From Sumerlaeia bacterium (GTDB lineage Bacteria > Sumerlaeota > Sumerlaeia > SLMS01 > JAHLLQ01), in contig JAVJSW010000046.1 in NCBI GenBank assembly GCA_040219255.1, forward strand, positions 192,209 to 256,208: DNA of 64,000 bases, given 5' to 3'. The notes under the pieces were generated by a model that did no database searches, was not told the DNA's origin, and worked only from the letters and a program-made list of their open reading frames with translations. Both the position numbers and the translations under genes were made by a program. Within the stretch, counting starts at the first letter, position 1. The number at the start of each line of letters is the position of its first letter. Shown piece after piece: positions 50,781 through 59,389 of the stretch.

Positions 50781-50962
50781 TCCCCGTGGGGTTCGCTCGC
50801 TCGGTCGTCTAACTTCTACTCTAATTTCTTGTGGACCTCTCATCTTGTGGATGAGGTGGATTCTGCTGCGCCCCCCACCCAACCTTGACACGCCAGCCCC
50901 TCACGTCCCAAAGCTTTCCCCCATCCCGCACCGACCTCGCAACAGGAGACACCCCGACACCC

Positions 50963-52765
50963 GTGCGCATCGAAACATTGCTCGCCAAACGCCTCGCAGA
51001 GGACCCCAAGGACGCTCAGACGCCGGGGCATAAGCTGCTGCTGCGCGGAGGTTACATCCGCCAGATCGGCCAAGGCATTTACTCGCTCCTGCCGCTGGGC
51101 CAGCGCGCCTGTGCCAAGGTCGCCCAGATCATCCGCGAGGAAATGGACCGCGTCGGCATGCAGGAGCTGCTCCTGCCCGTGACCACGCCCGCCGAGCTGT
51201 GGCAGAAGTCGGGCCGCTACGACGCCATCGGCAGCGAGCTGCTGCGCTTCACCGACCGCACCGATCACCCCTACGTGCTGAATATGACGCACGAGGAAGT
51301 GGTCGTCGATACGGTGGCGAGCCAGGTGGACAGCTATCGCCAGTTGCCGCTGGCCGTGTACCAGATTCAGACGAAGTTCCGCGACGAAGCCCGTAGCCGG
51401 GGCGGCCTGATCCGCGTGCGCGAGTTCACCATGAAGGATGCCTATTCCTTCCACCGGACGCAGGAGGACCTGGAGGACTACTACAAGCAGTGCCACGCGG
51501 CTTATGTCCGGATTTTTCAGCGCTGTGGCCTGCGCGCCGTGGTGGATATCGAGAGCGACACCGGCATGATGGGCGGCTCCGTCGCCCACGAGTTCATGCT
51601 TCTGACCCCGGTCGGCGAGGACACCATCGTCCTGTGCGACGAAAGCGGCTACCGCGCGAACCGCGAAGTGGCCGTCTGCAAGCGGGCCTACGACTACGCC
51701 GACGCCCCCGAGCCCCTGACCGAGGTGGAAACGCCGGGCCAGAAGACCATCGAGGAAGTGTCCGGTTTCTTGGGCAAGACGACGGACCGGTGCTGTAAGG
51801 CGGTGGCTTTCGTGGCGGTTCTGCCGCCGAAGAAGGAAGGCGGGGCTCCGGCGGAGCGCCCGGTCGTGGCCTTCGTCCGCGGCGACATGGAAGTCAACCC
51901 GGCCAAACTGAAGCGGGCCCTGGCGCAGCGCCTCGGCATCCTGCAGGACCTGCGTCCCATGGCCGAGGACGAGTTCGGGGGCTTTGGGTCCGTGGCCGGG
52001 TTCGTGGGTCCGATTGGCTTGACCGCTGGCGCGGTGGAGCTGGTCTATGACGAATCGGTCGCCAAGACCCCGAACCTGATCATCGGCGCGAACAGGGTGG
52101 ACTGGCATGCCACCGGGTTCAACTTCGGCCGCGACCTGCCAGAGGGCACGCCCTTCACCGACATCACCGACGTCCGCGAGGGCGATCCCTGTCCGCTCTC
52201 GGGCAAGCCGTTGCGTCTCTCGCGGGGCATCGAAGTGGGGAATATCTTCCAGCTCGGCACGAAATACACCGAGAGCATGGAATTCTTCTATGACGAGGAA
52301 GATGGCGGCCAGCGCGTGCCGATCATGGGCTGCTATGGCATCGGAGTGGGCCGCACGATGGCCAGCGTTCTGGAGGAAAGCCACGACGACCACGGCCCCA
52401 TCTGGCCCATCACCGTGGCGCCGTATCAGGTGCAGGTCTGCGCCTTGCAGGCTCAGAAAGACGAAGCGGTGAGGAACACTGCCGAAGCCATTTACCAGGG
52501 CCTGCGCGACGCGGGGATCGAGGTCCTGATCGACACGCGCAAGGTCGGCGCCGGGTTCATGTTCGCCGACGCCGACCTGATCGGTGCGCCGGTGCGGGCG
52601 ATCGTGTCGCCAAGGAATCTGAAAGAAGGGCGCGTGGAGATGAAGTTCCGTCTCGCGGGCGAGTCGCGCGCCGAGTTGCCCGCCGACATCGCGGTGGAGG
52701 GCGCGGCGAAGCAGATCGAACGAATCGTGACAGATTTGCTTCAGCAGTATAATATACTTGAATAA
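50963..52765 (+). CDS. proS: proline--tRNA ligase
   Basis: GIYSLLPLG, THEEVV, YQIQTKFRDE, REFTMKDAYSF, GIEVGNIFQLGTKY, MGCYGIG; GTG start after AGGAG. Confidence 0.96.
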   Translation: MRIETLLAKRLAEDPKDAQTPGHKLLLRGGYIRQIGQGIYSLLPLGQRACAKVAQIIREEMDRVGMQELLLPVTTPAELWQKSGRYDAIGSELLRFTDRTDHPYVLNMTHEEVVVDTVASQVDSYRQLPLAVYQIQTKFRDEARSRGGLIRVREFTMKDAYSFHRTQEDLEDYYKQCHAAYVRIFQRCGLRAVVDIESDTGMMGGSVAHEFMLLTPVGEDTIVLCDESGYRANREVAVCKRAYDYADAPEPLTEVETPGQKTIEEVSGFLGKTTDRCCKAVAFVAVLPPKKEGGAPAERPVVAFVRGDMEVNPAKLKRALAQRLGILQDLRPMAEDEFGGFGSVAGFVGPIGLTAGAVELVYDESVAKTPNLIIGANRVDWHATGFNFGRDLPEGTPFTDITDVREGDPCPLSGKPLRLSRGIEVGNIFQLGTKYTESMEFFYDEEDGGQRVPIMGCYGIGVGRTMASVLEESHDDHGPIWPITVAPYQVQVCALQAQKDEAVRNTAEAIYQGLRDAGIEVLIDTRKVGAGFMFADADLIGAPVRAIVSPRNLKEGRVEMKFRLAGESRAELPADIAVEGAAKQIERIVTDLLQQYNILE

Positions 52766-52926
52766 GGGCTCCGCCCCGGACGTAGAGGCGGAGGCTTGCA
52801 AACCGAACTCCGCTTGCGCCCCGGCGATTCGCGGGTCTTTCTAGGCGGCGGTATTTTCCGTCGCTGGAAAAAAAAGAGAAGACCCACTTGTCCGCCGGGC
52901 GCCCGCTCGACTCCGAGGAACCGAAA

Positions 52927-55575
52927 GTGATTGCTGCTATTCATTCCCCAACCCTGCGCCGGCTTGGCTTGCTGCTCATGCTTTGCCTAGCGACGGGTCC
53001 GTTCCTGGCCGTTTCCGCTGACACCGTCACCCTCAACGATGGGCGCCAGATCGAAGGCCGAATCATCAGCGAAGAGGGCGCCGAGATCATCATGGATGTG
53101 AACGGCATGCGGGCGCGCTTCTATCGCGACCAGGTGCGCGAGATCGAGCGCGAAGCCGCCGATGAAATCGGACCTGGCGAACCCCTGGCCTTGGAAGCCA
53201 TCCGCCTGCTGGACGATGGAAAGGTGCTGGAGGCGTGGAAAAAGTTTCTGGAAATGGACGAAGCGGAAGCGGAAGCGTGGCGCCGGCACGTGCCCCGTAT
53301 CCAGCGCAACGCCAAGTCTTTGCAGCAGAACGCGCTCAAGGCTCTGAGCGACGGCGAGCCGGCTGAGGCCATCGAGGCCGCTTCGGCGCTGGCCCAGGCG
53401 GAGAGCCGCGACCTTATCGAGCGCGTCTATCCGGGTCAGAACGAAAGCCTTCAGAATTCCCTGAGGACCATCGTCGCGCGGGCTCGCGCGGCGCTCGGCG
53501 CCCAGGCCCGCCGCGAAAACAAGATCGCCGAAGCGGAACGCCAACTCCTCGCCGCCGTTGGCCTCCTCACGCCGGAGGACGAAATCTACCCGCAGACCTA
53601 CCTCGATCTCGGAGCGGTGCTTGGCATGAAGGCCTTCGCCCTCCTCGGCGCCGGCGACACGGAGGAGGGCGAGACGGCCCTGCGCCAGGCGGAGCGGGCA
53701 TTGGTCCTGGCCCGCGACGCCGCGGAGAAGGGCAATTCCACCGTCTTTCGCGAAGCCAACGGCATGATCGCCGAATTGCGCCAGCGCGGTTTCTCCGAAG
53801 TCGAACGCCAGCGCCCAACCGCCACCCCAACCCCCACCGTGACGCCGTTGGTTATCACGCCGACGCCGACACCGACCCCCACGCCGGAGCCGGGAATGGT
53901 GGAGAAGATTTTCGGCGGGAGCATCACCGGCAAACTCGAATCGGCCATCGGCCAAGTTCTGCCGGAAAGTGTGGACCGTGAGAAGGCGCTTGGCTGGGTT
54001 CTTTTCGGCCTCGTCTTCGTGGTCGGCTACTGGATGATTCCGGGGGCGATTCTCAAGTTCCGCGCGAACAAACTCGATCTTCATGCCGCCGACTGGCGGC
54101 CCCGGGTCAAGCTGCTCGGTGTATTCGCGCTGCTGGGCTATCTGGGTGTGCTGACCAAGGATAAGCTGCACCTGCGCTTGCCCGGCGGCAAGGGCGGCGG
54201 CAAATCCAAGATCGAGCACCCCTGTCCCCAATGCGGCCATGACCTCGACGAAGTCTTCAGCTACGCCGACCTCGATTTCACCAGTTGCCCCCGGTGCGGC
54301 ACGACCATCGAGCCGCGCTTCACCATGGACGACTTCATCGAAATCCTCGCCGGCACCATGACGGAAGACGCCGAGCGCGTGGAGAAGGGCGCCGTCAATA
54401 TGGAGTCGCTCATCAACCGCGACGTGATGCAGAAGCTCATTCGGGCCACGGTGACTTCGGCTCTGCGCAAACGCGCCAGCGACCTTCACATCGAACCGGG
54501 CGACAAAGGCGTCATCCTGCGCCACCGCATCGATGGCGTCATGACCGAGATGGTCCGCCTGCCCCGCGCCCTGACCAACCCGATGGTCAGCGCCATCAAG
54601 GTCATGGGCACGATGGACATCACGGAGAAGCGCAAGCCCCAGGATGGCTCCTTCACCATGGTGATCGACGGCCACGACATCGACATCCGCGCCGCCTCTT
54701 CGCCGGCCTACGGTGGCGAAAAAGTCAGCCTCCGCCTTATCGACATCCGCTCGATCCAGGTCGACTTCCGCCAACTCGGCATGACCAAGTCCAACCGCGA
54801 GAAATTCGAACGCGCCATCGGCCGGCCCCACGGCCTCCTCCTCGTCACCGGCCCTACGGGCTCGGGCAAGACGACGACGCTCTACGTCGCGCTGCAGAAG
54901 CTCGCCACCGGGTCGAAGAACATTATCTCGTTGGAAGACCCCATCGAATTCCGCCTCTCCGGCATCAATCAGATCCAGGTCAATCCGGCGGTGGGCCTGA
55001 CGTTTGCCTCGGGAATGCGCAGCATCCTGCGCCAGGACCCGGACATCATCATGGTGGGCGAGGTGCGCGACGAAGAAACGGCCCAGATCGCCGTCTCTGC
55101 CGCGTCCACCGGTCACCTCGTGTTCTCGTCCCTGCATACCATCGACGCGCCATCGAGCGTCGCCCGCTTCATGGACCTGGGCGTTTCGCCGCGCCAGTTC
55201 TGCGACGCCCTTTCCCTCATCGTGGCCCAGCGACTCATCCGCCTCGTCTGCCCCGAATGCAAGGAACCCATCGAGGTGGACGACGGGGTTCTCGACGAGT
55301 TAGGTATCCTGGGAAGGGAGGACTCTTACGAATTCGTGCAGGGCATAGGCTGCCAGGTCTGCAACGGCACCGGTCACTACGGGCGTACCGGCGTGTTCGA
55401 GATGCTCGAACCGACGGAAGCGCTGCGCGCGGCGCTCGAGGAAGGCAAACTCGTCACCGCCCAAATCCGCCAGATCGCCATGTCCGGCGGCATGCATACC
55501 CTGCGCCAGGAAGCGCTTCTGCTCCTCAAGCAGGGCATGACGTCGCCGGAGGAGTTGATCCGGACGACGAAGTAG
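52927..55575 (+). CDS. GspE/PilB-family ATPase fused to exported N-terminal domain, two TM helices and a Zn ribbon
   Basis: ASDLHIEP, PQDG, Walker A GPTGSGKTTTLY, EDPIE, LRQDPDIIMVGEVRD, TGHLVFSSLH, tetracysteine motif; signal peptide at the N-terminus. Confidence 0.88.
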   Translation: MIAAIHSPTLRRLGLLLMLCLATGPFLAVSADTVTLNDGRQIEGRIISEEGAEIIMDVNGMRARFYRDQVREIEREAADEIGPGEPLALEAIRLLDDGKVLEAWKKFLEMDEAEAEAWRRHVPRIQRNAKSLQQNALKALSDGEPAEAIEAASALAQAESRDLIERVYPGQNESLQNSLRTIVARARAALGAQARRENKIAEAERQLLAAVGLLTPEDEIYPQTYLDLGAVLGMKAFALLGAGDTEEGETALRQAERALVLARDAAEKGNSTVFREANGMIAELRQRGFSEVERQRPTATPTPTVTPLVITPTPTPTPTPEPGMVEKIFGGSITGKLESAIGQVLPESVDREKALGWVLFGLVFVVGYWMIPGAILKFRANKLDLHAADWRPRVKLLGVFALLGYLGVLTKDKLHLRLPGGKGGGKSKIEHPCPQCGHDLDEVFSYADLDFTSCPRCGTTIEPRFTMDDFIEILAGTMTEDAERVEKGAVNMESLINRDVMQKLIRATVTSALRKRASDLHIEPGDKGVILRHRIDGVMTEMVRLPRALTNPMVSAIKVMGTMDITEKRKPQDGSFTMVIDGHDIDIRAASSPAYGGEKVSLRLIDIRSIQVDFRQLGMTKSNREKFERAIGRPHGLLLVTGPTGSGKTTTLYVALQKLATGSKNIISLEDPIEFRLSGINQIQVNPAVGLTFASGMRSILRQDPDIIMVGEVRDEETAQIAVSAASTGHLVFSSLHTIDAPSSVARFMDLGVSPRQFCDALSLIVAQRLIRLVCPECKEPIEVDDGVLDELGILGREDSYEFVQGIGCQVCNGTGHYGRTGVFEMLEPTEALRAALEEGKLVTAQIRQIAMSGGMHTLRQEALLLLKQGMTSPEELIRTTK

Positions 55576-55578
55576 GCG

Positions 55579-55725
55579 CTATCGCCGCCCCGCCAACGCC
55601 AACACCGCGATCAAGACTGCTCCGCACCCCAAAGCGATGAGCACCATCAGGCCCACGTCTTCAAAAGGATCGGAGCCGTCTTGCGTCACGACGGCCAAGA
55701 GGGAGAGGGCGGTGGATGTATTCAT
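55579..55725 (-). CDS. small membrane protein (48 aa)
   Basis: C-terminal hydrophobic helix ending GRR; starts 17 bp after the prenyltransferase stop. Confidence 0.4.
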   Translation of the reverse strand: MNTSTALSLLAVVTQDGSDPFEDVGLMVLIALGCGAVLIAVLALAGRR

Positions 55726-55742
55726 CGGCGGGTAAGCCTTTC

Positions 55743-56801
55743 TTACGTCGTCCGCTTCGCCATCAGTTCCGACGCCACGGTCAGCATTTCGTGGAGCCGG
55801 GGCGGCATCCGCTGAAGCGCTTCCAGGCCCTGGACCAGTAGTTCGCCGCAGCGTTTCTCCGCCGCGTCCAGGGCACCGCATTTGTCGAAGGCTTGCACCA
55901 CCCAGGCAATGTCGTCACTTGAGGTTTCGGAGCGCGGTTTGTCCAGGATAGTATAGAGCCGCTCGCGGTTTTCGTCACCCAGGCGAGTGGTGGCTTCCGC
56001 GACCAGGAACGAGCGTTTGCCTTCCTTGATGTCGTTGCCGATGATGCCGCCGCGTCCTTTGCCAGCGGTCAGGTCCAGCAGGTCGTCCTTGATCTGGAAC
56101 ATGGGGCCGATGGCGTGGCCGAAATCGCTCAGGGCGTCCAGCACGCCTTGCTCCGCGCCGGCCACCATGGCGCCGCCGATCATGGGCGCGGCGAGGTAAT
56201 GCCCCGTCTTGGCCCTTACCAGCCGCATGTATTTCTCCATGGTAAAGGCCCGGTCGGCGCGGGCGTTGATGTCCATGGCCTGGCCGTGGTGGGTGTGATC
56301 GAGGGTGGCGCTCATCAGGCGCAGCAATCGCAGTTGCAGGTTCGGGGAGATGGCCATCCCCGGGATGAGGCGCTCCGGTTCCATGAGGATCGAGATCACT
56401 TTGCAGAAAAAATAATCGCCGATGTTGACCCCGTGGGCCAAGCCATAGCGCTTCCAGACCGTCGGGCGGTTGCGGCGGATTTCGTCGCCGTCCTCGATGT
56501 CGTCGTGGACCAGGGCGAAATTGTGCATCAGTTCGATGGCGCAGGCGAAGGGCAGGGCCAGGCGTGGATCGGCGCCGAGGGCCTCGGCCGTCATCAGGCC
56601 GAGGACGGGCCGGAGGCGCTTGCCCCGGGCGGCCCGGTCGGCGATATCGAGGCCGAGGGCGTAGGTCAGGCCCTCGTGCAGATTCGGAATGGGGGCCTCC
56701 GCCGCGATGATCTCCGCCAACCGGTCGTCCACCATGGCGGAGTACTGTTGGGCCTTTTGCAGGAAAACGTCGTCGGTCATGGACGTGGCGGAGGAAGTCA
56801 T
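55743..56801 (-). CDS. polyprenyl diphosphate synthase
   Basis: GKRLRP, FARM LVHDDIEDGDEIRR, GQAMD, KT, SARM FQIKDDLLD, DIKEGK. Confidence 0.93.
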   Translation of the reverse strand: MTSSATSMTDDVFLQKAQQYSAMVDDRLAEIIAAEAPIPNLHEGLTYALGLDIADRAARGKRLRPVLGLMTAEALGADPRLALPFACAIELMHNFALVHDDIEDGDEIRRNRPTVWKRYGLAHGVNIGDYFFCKVISILMEPERLIPGMAISPNLQLRLLRLMSATLDHTHHGQAMDINARADRAFTMEKYMRLVRAKTGHYLAAPMIGGAMVAGAEQGVLDALSDFGHAIGPMFQIKDDLLDLTAGKGRGGIIGNDIKEGKRSFLVAEATTRLGDENRERLYTILDKPRSETSSDDIAWVVQAFDKCGALDAAEKRCGELLVQGLEALQRMPPRLHEMLTVASELMAKRTT

Positions 56802-56930
56802 AATCGGGTCCGTTGGGAAAATCGGCGCGCGCGGCGGCATCGCATTTGTGAGAAAAGCACCGGGGCGTGGGCGGGCGCAAGCCTGCGCAAGGACCCGGCC
56901 AATTCCATCCCCCAGTCAGGAGCGTTTATC

Positions 56931-58484
56931 GTGAAAGTCGCCACCACCGAAGAAATGCGCGAGATCGATCGCCGCACCATCGAGGAGCGGGGCATCCCAG
57001 GCCGCGACCTGATGGAGCAGGCGGGGACGAAAATCGCCTTGGGTCTTTCCGGCTTCGCCGAACCGGGCGACGCCGTGCTCGTTCTTTGCGGCCGGGGCAA
57101 CAACGGGGGCGATGGTTTCGTGGCGGCGCGGGTGCTGGCCAACTCCGAGTTCCAGGTCTATGTGCTGCCTGTCGCTGGGACAGAGAATCTATCCGGGGAT
57201 GCCCGCTGGGCCTTCGAGCAGGTGCAGGGCTGCCGGGCGCGGCTGATCGATCTGCCGGAGAGCGACGACGATTTGCGCGAACTTTTCCGCGACGCCGACG
57301 TCATTCTGGACGCGATGTTGGGCACGGGGAGCAAGCCGCCGCTGCGTGCGCCCTATGACAGAATCGCCCGGATCCTCGCCCATACCCCAACCCCCATCGT
57401 CGCCGCCGATATTCCCTCCGGCCTCGATGCCACCTCCGGGGCGGGGGAGGACGCGGTCCAGGCCGCTCTGACTGTCACCATCGGCCTGCCGAAGCTGGGC
57501 ATGCTCACCGCGAATGGCTGGAAGAAATGCGGTCGCGTCCGCATTGAACCCATTCAGTTTCCCCGAGATCTTCTCGAGGATGACGCTCTTTGCTTCGAGA
57601 CGCTGACGATGGACGAAGTGGTGCGTCTCCTGCCGGATCGTCCTCGCGACGGCCATAAAGGGACCTTCGGCCTCGTGCTCGTCTGCGCCGGTTCCAAGGC
57701 CATGCCCGGCGCCTCCGTGGTCAGCGGCGAAGGCGCCCTTCGCAGCGGCGCTGGCCTGGTGCGCATGCACGTCCCGCTGGCCAATCGCCTGATCGTCGGA
57801 CAGGCCTTGCCCGAGGCCCTTCTGGCGGTGTTCGGGCAGGAGGACGATACGCTGGCTCCCCTCGGCGACGCCCAGTGGGAGGAGCTTCTGGCAAAAACCT
57901 CTTCCGTTGTCTTTGGCCCCGGCGTTTCCAGGGACGAGGCCGTTCTTGGCTTTTTCCATCAGCTCCTCGACCACTTCGAGGGTCCGATGGTCATCGACGC
58001 CGACGGATTGTCGCTGGTTGCGGAGCATGAGGCCATCCGGCGCAAACTGCGTCCCAACTGTGTCCTGACGCCCCACCCGGGCGAGGCGGCGCGGCTGCTG
58101 GGTTGCTCCACCGGCGACGTGCAGAGCGACCGCTGGGGGGCGGCGCGGGAGCTGGTGTCAACTTTGCGTTGCCCGGTTCTGCTCAAGGGTTTCGGCTCCC
58201 TGGTCGCTCGCCCCGACGGCCGAGTCACCCATTGCCCTCCCGCCACGACAGCTTTGGCGCGTGGCAGCAGCGGCGACATGCTGGCCGGCATGGTCGGCGG
58301 CTTGCTCGCCCAAGGGATGGAGCCCGCGGAAGCGGCCCTGTTGGGAACATTCGTAGGCGTCGTCGCGTCGGACAAGGCGGGCGCCGGCGGGCGCAGCACT
58401 CGGGGCTTGCGGGTCCTGGATGTCATGGCCCAGATTTCCGCCGCCTTCGCCGAACTCGAATCCCATCGGCAGCCCAACCTCTGA
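56931..58484 (+). CDS. nnr: bifunctional NAD(P)HX epimerase/dehydratase
   Basis: LMEQAG, GRGNNGGDG, DIPSG, HKGTFG, VIDADGL, LTPHPGE, GSSGDMLAG; GTG start after AGGAG. Confidence 0.92.
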   Translation: MKVATTEEMREIDRRTIEERGIPGRDLMEQAGTKIALGLSGFAEPGDAVLVLCGRGNNGGDGFVAARVLANSEFQVYVLPVAGTENLSGDARWAFEQVQGCRARLIDLPESDDDLRELFRDADVILDAMLGTGSKPPLRAPYDRIARILAHTPTPIVAADIPSGLDATSGAGEDAVQAALTVTIGLPKLGMLTANGWKKCGRVRIEPIQFPRDLLEDDALCFETLTMDEVVRLLPDRPRDGHKGTFGLVLVCAGSKAMPGASVVSGEGALRSGAGLVRMHVPLANRLIVGQALPEALLAVFGQEDDTLAPLGDAQWEELLAKTSSVVFGPGVSRDEAVLGFFHQLLDHFEGPMVIDADGLSLVAEHEAIRRKLRPNCVLTPHPGEAARLLGCSTGDVQSDRWGAARELVSTLRCPVLLKGFGSLVARPDGRVTHCPPATTALARGSSGDMLAGMVGGLLAQGMEPAEAALLGTFVGVVASDKAGAGGRSTRGLRVLDVMAQISAAFAELESHRQPNL

Positions 58485-58512
58485 GCGGACTTTCTCTCTT
58501 GTGACCACGACG

Positions 58513-59229
58513 ATGCCTCTTCCCGCCAATTCGCAATCCGATGCCCTGGGCGCCCCGCTCCTCAGGGCGCAAGGCCTTCGCAAAATGTACCGCGATGGCT
58601 CGCGCACGCTCGAAGTGCTCAAGGGCGCCGACTTCCAGATTTCCCGCGGCGAGTACGTCTCCGTGGTGGGCAAGAGCGGATCGGGCAAATCGACCTTCCT
58701 GCACATCCTGGGGGCGTTGGACGTCGCGACGGAGGGTTCGATTTCTCTCGATGGCGAAGAATACAGTTCGCTTTCGGCGAAGAAACTGGCGAAAATCCGG
58801 ACCCGGAAGATCGGCTTCATTTACCAGTTCCACCATTTGCTTCCCGAGTTTTCCGCCCTGGAGAATGTGATCCTGCCGGGCATGATCGACCGCGTGCCGC
58901 TGGGCGACCTGGAGGCGCGGGCCGAAGAAATGCTCACCCGGGTCGGCCTGGGAGAGCGTCTCCAGCACCGGCCCAGCAAGCTCTCCGGCGGCGAGCAGCA
59001 GCGCGTGGCGCTGGCCCGCGCCGTGATGAACGACCCGCTGTTGGTGCTGGCGGACGAGCCGACGGGCGATCTGGATCAGCAGACGGGCCGCGAAGTTCTC
59101 GACTTCATCCTGGAGCAAACAGTGAAAGCCAATCGGTCCCTGGTGGTGGTGACGCACGACCCGGCAGTGGCGGAGCGGGCGGACCGGCGTTATCGGCTGG
59201 AGGACGGGCGGTTGGCGGAGATCGCTTAA
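58513..59229 (+). CDS. lolD: ABC transporter ATP-binding protein, LolD-like
   Basis: [42 protein letters not shown]. Confidence 0.8.
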   Translation: MPLPANSQSDALGAPLLRAQGLRKMYRDGSRTLEVLKGADFQISRGEYVSVVGKSGSGKSTFLHILGALDVATEGSISLDGEEYSSLSAKKLAKIRTRKIGFIYQFHHLLPEFSALENVILPGMIDRVPLGDLEARAEEMLTRVGLGERLQHRPSKLSGGEQQRVALARAVMNDPLLVLADEPTGDLDQQTGREVLDFILEQTVKANRSLVVVTHDPAVAERADRRYRLEDGRLAEIA

Positions 59230-59233
59230 TCCC

Positions 59234-59256
59234 GCGCGGATTTATCCGCGATTTTT
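59234..59256 (+). terminator. rho-independent terminator after lolD
   Basis: CGCGGAT-TT-ATCCGCG followed by ATTTTT. Confidence 0.55.
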
Positions 59257-59389
59257 CAGTCAACAGACAAACGGGTTACGTTTCCGCGTTGCTTCCCTGC
59301 AACGGGCTGTGTCTAACTTCCCTCTATCGTGTGTGCCGCAACGGCTTGCGGACCACGAAACACCATGAGCCCACGGCGGAGGATGTGCC

